A stretch of 63,784 nt of DNA, filler included, from Chiloscyllium plagiosum (lineage: Eukaryota), in assembly GCF_004010195.1 (NCBI RefSeq). It is 4 parts of one record of this genome, joined end to end, with 100 filler letters (N's around TTAATTAATTAA, not from the genome) between each part and the next. Parts side by side here need not be neighbours in the genome. Positions count along the whole stretch, not along the records: positions 1 to 23,507 come from NC_057716.1; 3 more parts are not named here. One strand, 5' to 3'. The notes beneath the pieces are model-generated. The model worked only from the letters and a program-made list of their open reading frames with translations, had not been told where the DNA came from and ran no database searches. Shown piece by piece: positions 1 to 13,010 of this stretch (positions within the stretch are counted from its first letter, which is position 1; each line of letters starts with the position of its first letter). Position numbers and translations under genes: made by a program.

Positions 1-521
1 CCCTTTACCTAACTTGACTCCATTTAGGTAGTAATCTGCCTTCCTGTTCTTGCCACCAAAGTGGATAACCACACATTTATCCACATTAAACTGCATCTGC
101 CATGCATCCGTCCACTCACCTAGCCTGTCCAGGTCACCCTGTATTCTCCTAACATTATATCTCTGTCTTAAATGGATGATTTTAAACAGTGACTTCTAGC
201 TCTAGATCCTCCCACAAGAGAAACCTCCCCCCACCCACTCCACCACCCGGTCAGGACCCCTCAGCATTGTCTATGTCTCCTGAGTTAGCATGGTTACCAG
301 CCTAGCCTGGCCAACGTCTCCTCATAAGTTCAAGATGTTAATCTGAGATCAGTAGAGAAGTAGTGGTAGACATTTAAGGGGATATTTCAGAGCAACAGGA
401 CAAAATACTTCTCCATTACAAAGAAAAATCGTCAGGGGAGTTTGCGCGATCTCTGGTTAACTAAAGAAGTTAAGGGGAGCATCAACCTTTGGGAAGGTGC
501 AGGAGATGGGCATGAGGTAAC

Positions 522-613
522 TGTAGTGTTTGTAATGAGGTCAGCCAGAAAGACGTCATAGAATAGGAGTTCCATCTGAAATAGGGCTGTTAGCCTGGTC
601 CAATCAGGGAGCC
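522..613 (+). mobile_element. Solo-LTR family X, 5' part (truncated by gap)
   Basis: Starts TGTAGTG.TTGTAATGAGGTCAGCC and is the reverse complement of the ends of the copy at 31898-31965/32252-32285. Confidence 0.7.
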
Positions 614-2419
614 NNNNNNNNNNNNNNNNNNNNNNNNNNNNNNNNNNNNNNNNNNNNNNNNNNNNNNNNNNNNNNNNNNNNNNNNNNNNNNNNNNNNNNN
701 NNNNNNNNNNNNNNNNNNNNNNNNNNNNNNNNNNNNNNNNNNNNNNNNNNNNNNNNNNNNNNNNNNNNNNNNNNNNNNNNNNNNNNNNNNNNNNNNNNNN
801 NNNNNNNNNNNNNNNNNNNNNNNNNNNNNNNNNNNNNNNNNNNNNNNNNNNNNNNNNNNNNNNNNNNNNNNNNNNNNNNNNNNNNNNNNNNNNNNNNNNN
901 NNNNNNNNNNNNNNNNNNNNNNNNNNNNNNNNNNNNNNNNNNNNNNNNNNNNNNNNNNNNNNNNNNNNNNNNNNNNNNNNNNNNNNNNNNNNNNNNNNNN
1001 NNNNNNNNNNNNNNNNNNNNNNNNNNNNNNNNNNNNNNNNNNNNNNNNNNNNNNNNNNNNNNNNNNNNNNNNNNNNNNNNNNNNNNNNNNNNNNNNNNNN
1101 NNNNNNNNNNNNNAGAGAGTCACAGAAAGGTTACAACATTAGCAGGCTATTCAGCCCATCGACTTCAGTGTGCCCCCTTCAGCTGGTACTACTTTGCAAG
1201 ATCTGCAGTGGCCAATGGCGGGTAAGTGGGGGGGGCAGGAGGATTCCAAGAGCTAGGATTTAAAGGATGTTTGCAAGTGGGAGAGGGAAATGGAAGGGGG
1301 GGGGGTGAAGAAAGAAGACATTATCTTACACAACCTCATAGCATGCTGAAGAATTTTATTATCAGTGGTGTGCTTTTCTCAACATCTACTCATAGTTTGC
1401 GATGTGATAGGCTCTTCAGAGCCCTCTCAAGTGGCCCACTCAGTTCAAGGGCGATTAAGGATGGGTGGGAAACACTGGTCTTGCCAGTGAAGCAAATGGG
1501 AGAAAAACAAAGCATGGAGTACATCAGTTTGAGTGAGACACTCACCCCTACCTTCTTAAGACCAATTCGGGATGGACAGAGCTCTGGTCTTACCACCTAC
1601 ACCTGTCTCTTGTGAGAACATTTGCTTTAGAAAGTAGGAAATGGAGCAACAGTTTCTGCACAGCAGGATCCAACAAACAGTCATGTGATAATGGGTAGGT
1701 AATCTGTTTTTGTAATGTTGACTGAGGGATGAATGCCCTCTTAGATTTCCAGGGAGATTGTCATTGGAAGAGGGCCAAAGGATCGTTTACGTTCACCCCA
1801 GACATCTCAAGCCCCTGGGGCTCCCTTGGTGCTGGTTTGGAGGGTGTGATGATGGACATTCTGATGTTTGAAGGAGTTTTGATCATCTGGCAACCACACG
1901 TCTGGGAACGAAACAGGAATGTGGTGACCACAATAAGCACGTGGTTTCCTGTACTCACAGGAGCTTCACGCACTCACTTGGGCAGAGAGGCAGCTGCTGT
2001 CTTCATTCAAAATATCACTTACTCTCAAATTAAAGCCAGGGATTACATAGCCCACCACCAATGCCAATGGATAGAGTCAGGCTGTGTGGGTGTGTGTTCT
2101 GGGTTGACGGCTTGCCTCTGTCGGTTACATGAGTAAGACACCCGTCACTCAATGGACTGAGGGCCAACTGGAGCCATCAGCCGTAAAGATCCTGTTTCCC
2201 CCGGCCTCCCACGCAAATACCAGAGCGCCCACCCCATGGTTCGACTTGGGAACCAGCAGAGTGAGATCCCATTTCCACCGTTCCTCTTTCAGACCACACT
2301 GCCTTCAAAATGAAAGGACAGCTGTACCTTACCCTTGCCATGACTCTCACTTCTCAACTGGAGTGGGGGCAGGGCGGGGGATTCTAAGCTTTGCTCCAGA
2401 GGCTGGTGCTCTCTCTCCT

Positions 2420-2965
2420 TCTCAAACATTCCCTAGGGATCCAAGATGCCCTTCTCCCACTGCAGAGTTGTGATGACCACTCATCCTAACCCGGGTGGTC
2501 TTTGAGGAGGGTGGCTTGACCGCTTGGCTTTTCCCACGTTCCTCCATTTTGGCCATCGCCTGGGCATTGACGTTTTCCCGGATGCTTCTTCTCCGGCCTG
2601 GGCTAGAGATTCCCGCTGGAGATATCGCATTTTTCCAGGGGAGGCTTTGAGGACGTCCTCGAAACATTCTGCCTGTCTTCCTGGGAACCTCTTGTCGGAT
2701 GAAGTTCAGAGCAGAGAGCTGTCTTTGACAGACTTCCCTCAGGCAGGTGGCTAACCCAATGCAGCTGTTTAGCAGCAACCAGCGATATTGAGGGTATTGG
2801 CCTGTGAGAGGACTCTGATACCGGAATGCCTATCGTGCCAGTGGATTTGCCAGAGTATGTGAAGGCATTGCTGGCAATCAATGCTGTGAAAGGGCTTGAA
2901 CCTTCCTCCAAGTTGGTGCCTCAATGCCATGCTGTGGGAGCTCCGCACTGTCAGCGGTTTCATCT
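2420..2965 (-). mobile_element. Decayed RTE-clade LINE, ORF2 C-terminal region
   Basis: Frameshifted peptides CQQCLHILWQIHWHDRHSGIRVLSQAN / PSI..AKQLHWVSHLPEGSLSKTALCSELH / RRRSIRE resemble the RTE ORF2 C-terminus (HQRCLRKILxIxWQDR...QLRWAGH...LPKxxLYxEL). Confidence 0.65.
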
Positions 2966-3351
2966 TTCAGAATAGACTTTAAACTGACACCCTCTCATCG
3001 AATCATCACAGAACTTCTACAGTGCAGCAAAGAGGCCATTCAACCCATCAACTCCACACAGACCCTCCGAAAAACATCCTACCCAGACCCACCCCTGATC
3101 TTATCCCTGCATTTCCCAGGACTGACCCACCTGACCTGTGCATCTTTGGACTGTGGGGGGAAACTGGAGCACCCGGACTGAGGAAACCTACAGAGACACA
3201 GGGGAGAATGTGCGACCTCCACACAGACAGTCGCCCGAGGGTGGGGTCGAGTGTCCAGCGACCCTTCTTCAGAACCGCTAGTAGATGGGAAAGGTGGCAT
3301 TTGTGCTCAAGGCAGAGTGTGACGGGAAAGAGAGTGGGCAGGATAGGCAGA

Positions 3352-3672
3352 GACATCCTGGGACAGGCTAAACAGGGACACGCAGGGGAATTCCTAGAGG
3401 CCTGGCATTCAAACCAGAACTCCATCAATAAACACATCGATCTGGACGCCATTTACCAACCTCTGAGAAAAGGAACAGGAAGTGACATCACCCACCACAA
3501 CAGACTAAGACGCATAAATAGAAAGTGGGACAGAACACCTGTGCTTCACCGGAGAATCTCACTGATGATGTTACCCAGCATGGTGACAAAACCTCGGAGA
3601 GCAAACCTTCCAGCTCAGCGAGCAAGCTTACAACCTCAACCTCAACCTGAGCTACAAATCTACTCCAAAATC
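3352..3672 (+). mobile_element. Penelope-like element 3' end (GIY-YIG C-terminus plus pLTR)
   Basis: ILGQAKQGHAGEFLEAWHSNQNSINKHIDLDAIYQPLR, followed by a degenerate hammerhead (CTGATGA...) at about 3560. Confidence 0.75.
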
Positions 3673-4614
3673 ACAGAGTTAGGCAGACAAAGGAATGCCA
3701 GGGAGAAAGAGAAGGTGATGATGGGGGCGGTCATTAGGTGAAAATGGGTTGGTTGTGCTGAAAGCAGCCCATGTCACAACAGAGTCTGGGGTGCAGGAAA
3801 ATCTACATTTCAGGCAAAAGCCCTTCATCAGGAAGACTGATGGAGGACTTTTGCCCGAAATGTCAATTTTCCTGCTCCTCGGATGCTGCCTGACTTGCTG
3901 CATTTTTCCAGCACCACTGTAATCTTGACTCTGATCTCCAGCATCTGCAGTCCTCACTTTTGCCATTGAGTCCTGAATGCAGCAGGGTCCCCAAGTGGAA
4001 AGCGTGACGCTGAAATGAGATGATCCCTCATCGTATGTTTCTTCAGGACAGTTGTGGAGCTCAGATCCCAATTTGTCCTTGTGGCTTTTTTAGAAAAAAA
4101 ACAACACTCTGACCTCCTTGATGTGCCTGAGCTCAGTAAGTGTTTGTACATAAATCAAACTTTCAGTTGACTACACGGTCAGATACAAGAGAGCTCAAGG
4201 TTCCTGAGAGACTGAGTGAAGTGCTTTCCGTGCAGACTGACCTTGTTTGCGGAGTTTTATCTGCTTTGTGATAGTGCTGTATGAGGCCATGGATGAAGTC
4301 AAGCTCCAGGAATTCAGTGCTGACATGACATTTACCAGAATGCTGCCTGCTATCTCCCTCATTCACGTGGCAGACAGAGTGCTAACCTGCGACCACAGCA
4401 TTGCCAATCGAGGATATTCACCTTTGGGAGCGGACGGGGAGGGAAATAAATATCTCCAGGATGTTTAGAAAGAGATTGCTTACTTTTAGAGACACAGGAA
4501 CACAAGATCATGGAACAGCAGTAGGCCATTCAGCCCATTGAACCTATTCTGCCATTTAATCTGATCATGACTGATTAAACACTTCCATTTCTCTCACCCA
4601 CACTAACCCAACAA

Positions 4615-5818
4615 CCTTAGAAGAGTATAAAGGAAGTAGGAGTATACTTAAGAGGGAAATCAGGAGGGCCACAAGGGGACATGAGGTAACTTTGGTAAAT
4701 ACAGTTAAGGAGAATCCAAAGGGATTTTACAAATATATTAAGGACAAAAGGGTAACTAGGGAGTGAATAAGGCCCCTCAAAGATCAGCAAGGCGGCCTTT
4801 GTGTGGAGCTGCAGGAGATGGGGGAGAAAGTAAATGAGTACTTTTCCTCAGTGTTTAATGTGAAAAACGACATGGAAGGTATAGAATGTAAGGAAATAGA
4901 TGGTGACATCTTGAAAAATGTCCATATTACAGAGAAAGAAGTGCTGGATGTCTTGAAAGGGTTAAAGGTGGATAAATCCCCAGGACCTGATCAGGTGTAC
5001 CCGAGAACTCTGTGGGAAGCTAGAAAAGTGATTACGGGGCCTCTTACTGAGATATTTGTATCATCATTAGTCACAGGTGAGGTGCCGGAAGACTGGAGGT
5101 TGGCTAATGTGGTGCCACTGTTTAAGAAGGGAGGTAAGGACAAGCCAGTGAACTATAGACCAGTGAGCCTGACCTCGGTGGTGGGCAAGTTGTTGGAGGG
5201 AATCCTGAGGGACAGGATGTACATGTATTTGGAAAGGCAAGGACTGCTTAGGGATAGTCAACATGGTTTTGTGCATGGGAAATCATGTCCCACAAAACTA
5301 CTTTTTGTCATTTACATAAATGATTTGGATGCGAGCATAAGAGGTACAGTTAGTAAGTTTGCAGATGACACCAAAATTGGAGGTGTAGTGGACAGTGAAG
5401 AGAGTTACCTCAGATTACAATAGGATCTGGACCAGATGGGCCAACGGGCTGAGAAGTGGCAGATGGAGTTTAATGCAAGGTACAATTTTGGAAAGTCAAA
5501 TCAGGGCAGGACTTATACACTTAATGGTAAGGCCCAGAACTAGAGGGCATAGGTTTAGGGTGAGAGGGGAAAGATATAAAAGGGATCTTAAGGACAACAT
5601 TTTCACACAGAGGGTGATGCGTGTATGGAATGAGCTGCCAGAGGATGTGGTGGAGGCTGGTACAATTGCAACATTTAAAAGGCATCTGGATGGGTATATG
5701 AATAGGAAGGGTTTGGAGGGATATGGGCTGGATGCTGGCAGGTGGGACTAGATAGTTGGCATGGATGAGTTGGATCAAAGGGTCTGTTTCTGTGCTGTAC
5801 ATCTCTATGACTCTATGA
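4615..5818 (+). mobile_element. CR1 (HER1-like) LINE ORF2, 3' portion with internal deletions
   Basis: KSPGPDQVYPR...WRLANVVPLFKKG...NYRPVSLTSVVGKLLE...SKFADDTK, ending in the (CTCTATGA)n tail. Confidence 0.9.
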
Positions 5819-7394
5819 CCCAGTTGGTATCTTTTAACTATTTTGTAGGTAAGGTCACCTCTCATTCTTCGAACCTGAAGAAAATACAGGCCCGATGTCT
5901 CTTCACAGGACAGTCACAACATCCAGAGTTCTCGCTTTTTATTATCGTTCGCTCGTGGGATGTGGGTGTCGCTGGCTGGGCCCAGCATTTATTCCCCATC
6001 CCTAGTTGCCCCTTGAGAAGGTGGGGGTGAGCTGCCTTCTTGAACCGCTGCAGTCCATGTGCTGTGGGTAGACCCACAATGTCCCTTAGGGAGGGAATTC
6101 CAGGATTCTGACCCAGTGACAGTGAAGGAACGGTGGTATATTTCCAAGTCAGGATGGTGCGTGACTTGGAGGGGAACTTGCAGGGGGTGGTGTTCCCATG
6201 GATCTGCTGTCCCTGTCCTTCTAGATGGAAGTGGTCGTAGGTTTGGAAGGTGCTGTCTAAGGAGCCTTGGTGAATTCCTGCAGGGCATCTTGTAGATAGT
6301 ACATACTGCTGCTACTGAGATTTGCTGGTGGGGGGAGGGGATGTTTGTGGATGTGGTGCCGATCAAATGGGTGCTTTGTCCTGGATGGTGTTGAGCTTCA
6401 TGAGTGTTGTTGGAGCTGCCCCCATCCAGGCAAGTGGGGGGGTACTCCATCACACTCCTGACTTGTGCCTTTTGTAGATGGTGAACCTACATTGTTCTCT
6501 GTCTACAGCAGCAATATCTACTCTTGTGATGAAGAGACTAGAATCCTGAGATGCTGCTGGTTAATTTCCTTCCTAACGCACTGAGGGCTGCTCTCAGTGA
6601 CCCATCCCTCTACCTTCTGATATTGTTAGCACCCAATGTGGACCATGACCTCGGGCTGATTGCCCCTCTCCCAGAACCGTGTCAAGTACCCACTCTGTGA
6701 CAGCCTTGACCCAGGCATCAGGGAGACGACATGCCAGTCTGGAGTCATGTTTACTGCCACCGAGACTCAACATTGGATTCTCCAATTTCGAATAACCTCC
6801 CTCTCCATCCCCCGACACCCTTACCAGCCCCACCCCCCCTCCCTCCATTCCACTGCTCCCTGCCACCAACTGGATTCATCCCTCCCATTGACCAACTTGG
6901 TCGCACCCTCTACCTGTCTTCACCACCCTGTCCCCACCACCCCCTTTATCTGCACGCCCCCTACACCCACGCTCCCAGTCCTGAAGGAGGGTTACACCTG
7001 AAATGTTGACCTCCACATCCTGATGCTGCCTGGTTTGCTGTGTTCCTCCAGCCTCCTTCCTGTCCCTGACTATGGAGCCCCCTATGACAATTCTTCTTCC
7101 AGCTTCCTCCTCCCCTGTCCGGCTGAGTCCCCTGTGGTGCCAGGAATCGGCTGTGGGTGCACTCCCTGGAGGAACCACACAACACCCACCCTCCCCGCCT
7201 CACCCCCTCACCAGCTTCCAAACTGGAAGACCAATCAGCAAACACGACAGGCTCAAGGTGACCTCACGCAGTAGGTGCCTGGGACTGAGACTGCCTGGGG
7301 TTGCCTGTTCAGTAATGCTGACTGACCATCGCAGGGTCCTCCCCTCACTCACTCCTCCTCAAGATAGTCAGTGGATGGGAAGAAAGAGCCGATG

Positions 7395-7955
7395 AGTGTG
7401 GTGCTGGAAAAGCACAGCCGGTCAGGCAGCATCCGAGGAGGAGGAGAGTCGATGTTTCGGGCATAAGCCCTTCATCAAGAATGTGGAGGGAGGAAAGAGG
7501 CTGAGAGATAAATGGGAGGGGGTGGGGCTGGGGGGTAAGGCAGCTGACAATGCGTACTGGTTGGGTCGGCGGGAGAGGAAGAAATGGAGAGCTTGGGAGC
7601 CTTTGTCATGGCGGATAGAGGTGTACAGGGACTGGATGTCCACGGTGAAGATGAGGCATTGGGGGCTGGGGAAACGAAAGTCATGGAGGAAGTGGAGGGC
7701 TTGGGTGGTATCCCGAATATATGTGGGGAATTCCTGGACCAAGGGGGACAGGACGATGTCAAGGTATGGAGGAAAGGACAGGTATTGATGATTGTTGATG
7801 ACAGGTACATGGGAACACAGTTCATCAGGAATTCCTGATGAAGGGCTCATGCCCGAAATGTTGACTTTCCTGCTCCTCGGATGCTGCTTGACCTGCTCTG
7901 CTTTCTCCAGTGCCACACTTTTTGACCCTGACTCTCCAGCGTCTGCAGTCCTGAC
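7395..7955 (-). mobile_element. Penelope-like element: RT fragment between inverted pLTR pieces
   Basis: YLDIVLSPLVQEFPTYIRDTTQALHFLHDFRF...LIFTVDIQSLYTSIRH (PLE RT motif). Hammerhead-bearing arms at about 7395-7480 and 7830-7955. Confidence 0.8.
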
Positions 7956-8650
7956 TATCTCCTACATGGAAAGATTATCCTTGTAGCAGCAAACACTGGG
8001 TTACTGCACTGGCACACAGGGCTCTATTAGCACCAATTGGGATTCTCCCCGACAATGGATTCATGGGCAATCTTAGGAATCCCAAATTCCAGAAATGTCT
8101 CGAATTCAAATTTCACCATTTGCCATAACAGGATTCAAACTCAGATTCCCAGAGCATTCCTTGGGTCTCTGTATTCACGGCCCAGTGATAATGCCATGAG
8201 GCCATCACCTCCTCCCAAGCAGCTATTGATCATTTTGATAGCATCAATTTAAAGTTTACTGCTTGAAAAGTCCCAGTGTCTCTCATGCCTCCACATCGAC
8301 TGAAGTCCCTCACTCCTGGTACCATTCCATCAGCTCTGCATCATGTTGAAGGGACTGCTCTCCTTACTGAAGGCTGGTCTTCCGAACTGAAGTAATACTC
8401 CAGCTGAGATCGATTCAAAGGTTTACAAAAGGTTAGCGTGACTTTGTTGCTTTTTTGGTCCAAGCCTCTACTTATTCCTAAGGATCCCACAGATTTCATC
8501 CTGGGCTTGGAGACAGCACTGTTGCCTGTCCATTGAGATTCTGGTCTGGCGTATCCCCAGACTGTGGGTGAGTTCCTATACACTGAACATGAGGCTCCTA
8601 ATCGCGAAATAAAACTCACCAATTCCTTACATACTGTTTCAGTCCGTTAC

Positions 8651-8821
8651 TAGGGGCACTGCTTGTCACTGGCCACTCGGAGAGTTTTTCTTCCTGGTGG
8701 TGGAATATGTATAAACTTTCCTGCACTCGATGTTTCTTCACTGTGTCCTGCACCTACACACACACAACGTGGGTGCTGGGGAGAAATAAGCACTCCCGCT
8801 GTTGGGCAAAGAGAAAAAAAA
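8651..8821 (+). mobile_element. Second, older copy of the family Y 3' end
   Basis: gcttgtcactggccac...cttcctggtggtggaa...ttcactgtgtc...cacctacacacacac...gggtgctgggga...aataagcact aligns with the reverse complement of about 45410-45560 and ends in an A-tract. Confidence 0.7.
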
Positions 8822-9061
8822 TTATATAACCAGGAGATTAGAATTTCCTTAGTCAAAAAAACCCACTCCTTTACATCCATCTGCACATAACAGGCTATCA
8901 AATACAGCTCGATAGTACAGTGTCTAAGACATCTCTCTTCACAACCTCCTCCAGTCTGCTGTCTTCTGTCTTCCTGATGTCAGAGTCACATGTTCAGTAA
9001 CACACATGTGAACATACCAATTGGGAACACATATAGACCATTTGTTCCCTGCCCCACATTC

Positions 9062-9830
9062 GGGTGGTGGAGAAGGTGTTTAGCATGCTTGCCTTCACTA
9101 GTCAGTGCATTGACCTCAGGAGTTGGGACATTATGCTGTAGCTGTACAGGACATGGGTGAGGCCACGTTTGGAGTACTGTGTACAGTTCTGGTCCTGGTG
9201 AAGGGCTGATGCCCAAAACGTCGATTCTCCTGCACCTTGGATGCTGCCTGACCTGCGGTGCTTTTCCAGTGTCACACTCTTGACTACAGTCCTGGTCACC
9301 CTGCTATAGGAAGGATATTATTAGATTGAAGAGGGTACGGAAAAGACTTACAAGGATGTTCCCAGAGACTGGAGGGTTTGAATTATAAGGAGAAGCTGGA
9401 TAGGCTGCGACTTTATTTCCTGGAGTGTTGGAGGCTGAGGAGTGACCTTACAGAGGTTAGTAAAACCATGAGGGGCTTGGACAGGGTAAATAGGCAAGGT
9501 CTTTTCCCCAGGCTGGGGGAGTCCAAAACTAGAGGGCATATGTTTAGGGTGAGAGGGGCAAGGTTTGAAAGGGACTTGGGGGACAGTGCTTCCACACACT
9601 GGGTGCTTCTTATGTGGGATGAGCTGCCAGAGGAAGTGGTAGAGGCTGGTACAATTACAGCATTTAAAAGACTTTTGGACAGGTACATGGATAGGAAAGG
9701 TTGAGAGGGAAATGGGCCAACAAGTCCACACCTTGTAAGCAAGTGGGACGAGTTGAATTGGGAAGCCTGGTTAGCATGGACGAGTCGGGCCGAAGGGTCT
9801 GTTTCCATGCTGTATAACTCTATGGCTCTA
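9062..9830 (+). mobile_element. CR1 LINE 3' fragment interrupted by a 90-bp PLE insert (9195-9284)
   Basis: [12 protein letters not shown]...WDELPEEVVEAGT. The insert is flanked by TACAGT(T/C)CTGGTC. Confidence 0.85.
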
Positions 9831-10291
9831 TAGCTCCACATTCCCATTGACCTCCCTGAAAACCTTCGATTGCTTCACCCAATGAGGATCAAGACATCTC
9901 TGCCTTGAAATGATTCACTCACCACCGCTTTTGGAGACAGAGGCTTCTAAAATCACGCAAACCTGCTGAGAGAGTGCAAAGCATTTTCCCCATCTCTGTC
10001 TTCATTGGGTAAATCAAATTAAAATCCAGTGACCCCTGGTCCAGGACTGACCCACAAGATCCACTTCCACCAGGTCTGATCATTCAGGATCCTGTACAGT
10101 TCAGGAAGGTCAATCCTGACTCTTCTGAACTCCAATATAAACAGGGAATAGAAGCAGAAGTTACAGGAGAAACTCAGTGGGTCTTTGGAGAGAAACAGAG
10201 TTAATGCCTCAAGTCCCATATGACTCCTTCAGAACTAAAAGTGGAAACAAACCCCACCTGTCCAACCTTTCCTCATTAATACCATCCATAA

Positions 10292-10572
10292 GGGCGGCAC
10301 GGTGGCACAGTGGTTAGCACTGCTGCCTCACAGCACCAGAGACCCGGGTTCAATTCCCGACTCAGGAGTTTGCACATTCTCCCCGTGTCTGTGTGGGTTT
10401 CCTCCAGGTGCTCCGGTTTCCTCCCACAGTCCAAAGATGTGCAGGTGAGGTGAATTGGCCATGCTGGTAGTGTTAGGTGAAGGGGTAAATGTAGGGGTCT
10501 GGGTGGGTTGCAGGTCGGTGTGGACTTGTTGGGCCGAAGGGCCTGTTTCCACACTGTAAGTAATCTAATCTA
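10292..10572 (+). mobile_element. HE1-type V-SINE (tRNA head, V domain, CR1 tail)
   Basis: A/B-box head GGTGGCACAGTGG...GGTTCAATTCC, V core TTCTCCCCGTGTCTG.GTGGGTTTCCTCC, (TAATC)n tail. Further copies at about 3010-3250(-), 24315-24600(-), 32917-33243(-), 34080-34394(+), 39790-40090(-), 44843-45110(-), 55188-55490(+), 56162-56472(+), 57223-57505(+) and 59738-60053(-). Confidence 0.9.
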
Positions 10573-12537
10573 CTTACTCCAGGTATCAATCTAGAAACCA
10601 CCTCTGAACCCATCCAACTAATTCCTCATCAAATAAGGAAACCAAGTGCAATATGTATTTGAGATGTGGTCTCACCAGTGCCCTGTATAACTAAAATATA
10701 ATATAGAGTCATAGAGTAATACAGCATGGGAACAGGCCCTTCAGCCCAAACTGGCCACTCAGTTCATTCCAATTGCCCACATTTGGTCCATATCTCTCTA
10801 AACCCTTCCCATTCATGTTCCTATCTAAATATTTTTTAAATGTTGCAAATTGTAGCTGCCTCAGCCACTTTCTCTGGCATCCCATTCCATATATGCACCA
10901 CTCTCAGCATGAAGAAATTGCCCCTCGGGTCGTTCTCCTCTCACCTTAAACCTATATCCTCGAGTTTTCAATTCCCTATCCCTGGGAAAGACTGTATTTT
11001 GTACAGATGACTGTATCCATCCTATCAATGCCCCTCGTTACTTGTATGCCCATTTTTTTCTGATGATAAATGATAGCATTCCATTAACCTTCCTAATTAC
11101 CTGCTGCAGCAACATACTAACCTATGCCCAATGCATTTACAGCTACATCCATGCTGTCTTACTCTATGATTCTATGTTATGTTTCAGTTATACAGGTCAC
11201 TGATGTCCATTAGGGAAGGAAACAGCCATCTTTAGCCGGCCGAGCCTAGATGTGACTCCAGACCCACAGCAATGTGGTTGACTCTTAGTGACCCTCTGGG
11301 TAATTAGGGATGGACCATAATTGCTGTCCCAGCCAGCAATGGTCTCATCCTGTGAATGAATTAAAACAGTAATGAGGTTGGCAAGAGTTATGAATGGCGA
11401 TGATAAAAAGGGTCAATCACCAGACCAGATAGATTTACGGGGATTGGCAGAAAGTCTAGAGGTGATATGTGAGAGAAGGAAGTCTACAACTACTTGTGAG
11501 CTGGAACTCACTTTCTGAAAGGGCAGTGGAAACAGGAACTTTCAAAAGGGCAATGCAGAAATACTCAAAGATGAAAAGTTAACAGAGAAAGCAGACGTGT
11601 GACTGGTTAGGAAGTTATTTTGAAGGAGCAGTAGACACAGGGTGGGCCAAATCCTCTCCTCCTGCGCTGTTTCTTCCTAAAGTTCTCTGCCTTTAAGTGT
11701 GTACATGTTACAGGAGCCATATCGTTAAGTGGGCAACCACTTTGTTCCTGTGAGCTATCAGCTTCTTAGGAATGTGCTGTCAGACAGATGAGTGACCTAC
11801 TTTTATAACCTTCGTGTTTAGCTGCTCAAGAAATGTTTACCATATTCGGTACGCATTTAAACAGAGTCAAGTGGGTTCACAGAGTGTGAAAAAGACAATT
11901 TATTATTTTTAAATTCCAGCACATATTGCATGCGATGAATTTACTGCGGCTGGATTTACGTTGACATAGGACTGAGTATTTGATTGGGATGCCAGGCGCC
12001 GGGGAACTGATGTAATATATAATCAGCAGTCTGGCCACTAACAAACCTAGCTCCCTGTTCCATTGTTGATGTGATAACCTGAGCATCTATAAACTATAGC
12101 TAGAGAGAGAGAGAGAGAGCAGAAACTCTGCTCCTGAAGGCTGCTCCCGCTACAGAGAATTCTGGAGCCAAGGGAGAGATCAAATTATTACTGATGCACA
12201 GCCACTGCCACATGGCTAAGTCCACTGGCCAGCAAGGTACAACAGAAAGCAAATAATCAGATCATGTGCTTGCTTGGTGTAACAGTTAATCAGAGATAAA
12301 ACGAGAGATAAACCATCCTTCTTAAAGGGCCATTTGGGATCTCTCCTAGTCTGGTCTCAAAGGAGTGCTCCATCAGAGAGATGGTACCACATAGGTTGAA
12401 ACAATCCCTTGGCACTATTCCAGACTTTATCCTGGGTTGGCACAGTGGCTCAGTGGTTAGCACGGTTGCCTCACAGCACCAGGGACCCACGTTTGATTCT
12501 AGCCTCTGGTAACTGTATGAATGGAGTTTGCACATTT

Positions 12538-13010
12538 GCTGAACAAAGAGACCTTGGAGTGCAGGTTCATAGCTCCTTAAAAGTAGAGTCACAGGTAGAT
12601 AGGATAGTGAAGAAGGCGTTTGGGACCTTATAGAGGTTTATAAAATTATGAGGGGCATGGATAGGGTAAATAAGCAAAGTTTTTTTTTCCCTGGGGTGGG
12701 GGAGTCCAAACCTAGAGAGTATAGGTTTAGGGTGAGAGGGGAAAAATTCAAAAGGGACCGAAGGGGCAACTTTTTCACACAGAGGGTGGTGCGTGTATGG
12801 AATGAGTTGCCAGAGGAAGTGATGGAGGCTGGTACAATTACAACATTTAAAAAGCACCTGGATGGGTATATGAATAGGAAGCGTTTGGAGGGATATGGGC
12901 CAAGTTCTGGCAGGTGGGACTAGATTAGGTTATGACATCTGGTCGGTATGGACGAGTTGGACCGAAGGGTCTGTTTCCGTGCTGTACATCTCTATGATTC
13001 TATGACTCTA
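12538..13010 (+). mobile_element. CR1 3' fragment inserted into an HE1 SINE (12435-13170)
   Basis: The SINE sequence ...ggagtttgcacatt breaks off and resumes as ttctccccgtgtc after the CTCTATGA tail. Confidence 0.85.

Noticed and set aside
1950..2060. Minus-strand GTAAGT/GTGAGT donors as displaced desmin exon 7
   Set aside because: The translation (LVVGYVIPGFNLR) and intron phase do not fit desmin exon 7.
4803..5423. 206-aa RT-like ORF as a functional or domesticated gene
   Set aside because: It is an internally deleted CR1 fragment missing core RT motifs, flanked by stops and frameshifts.
10292..10365. tRNA genes at the heads of HE1 and other SINEs
   Set aside because: They continue into SINE body and tail sequence and occur as many diverged copies.
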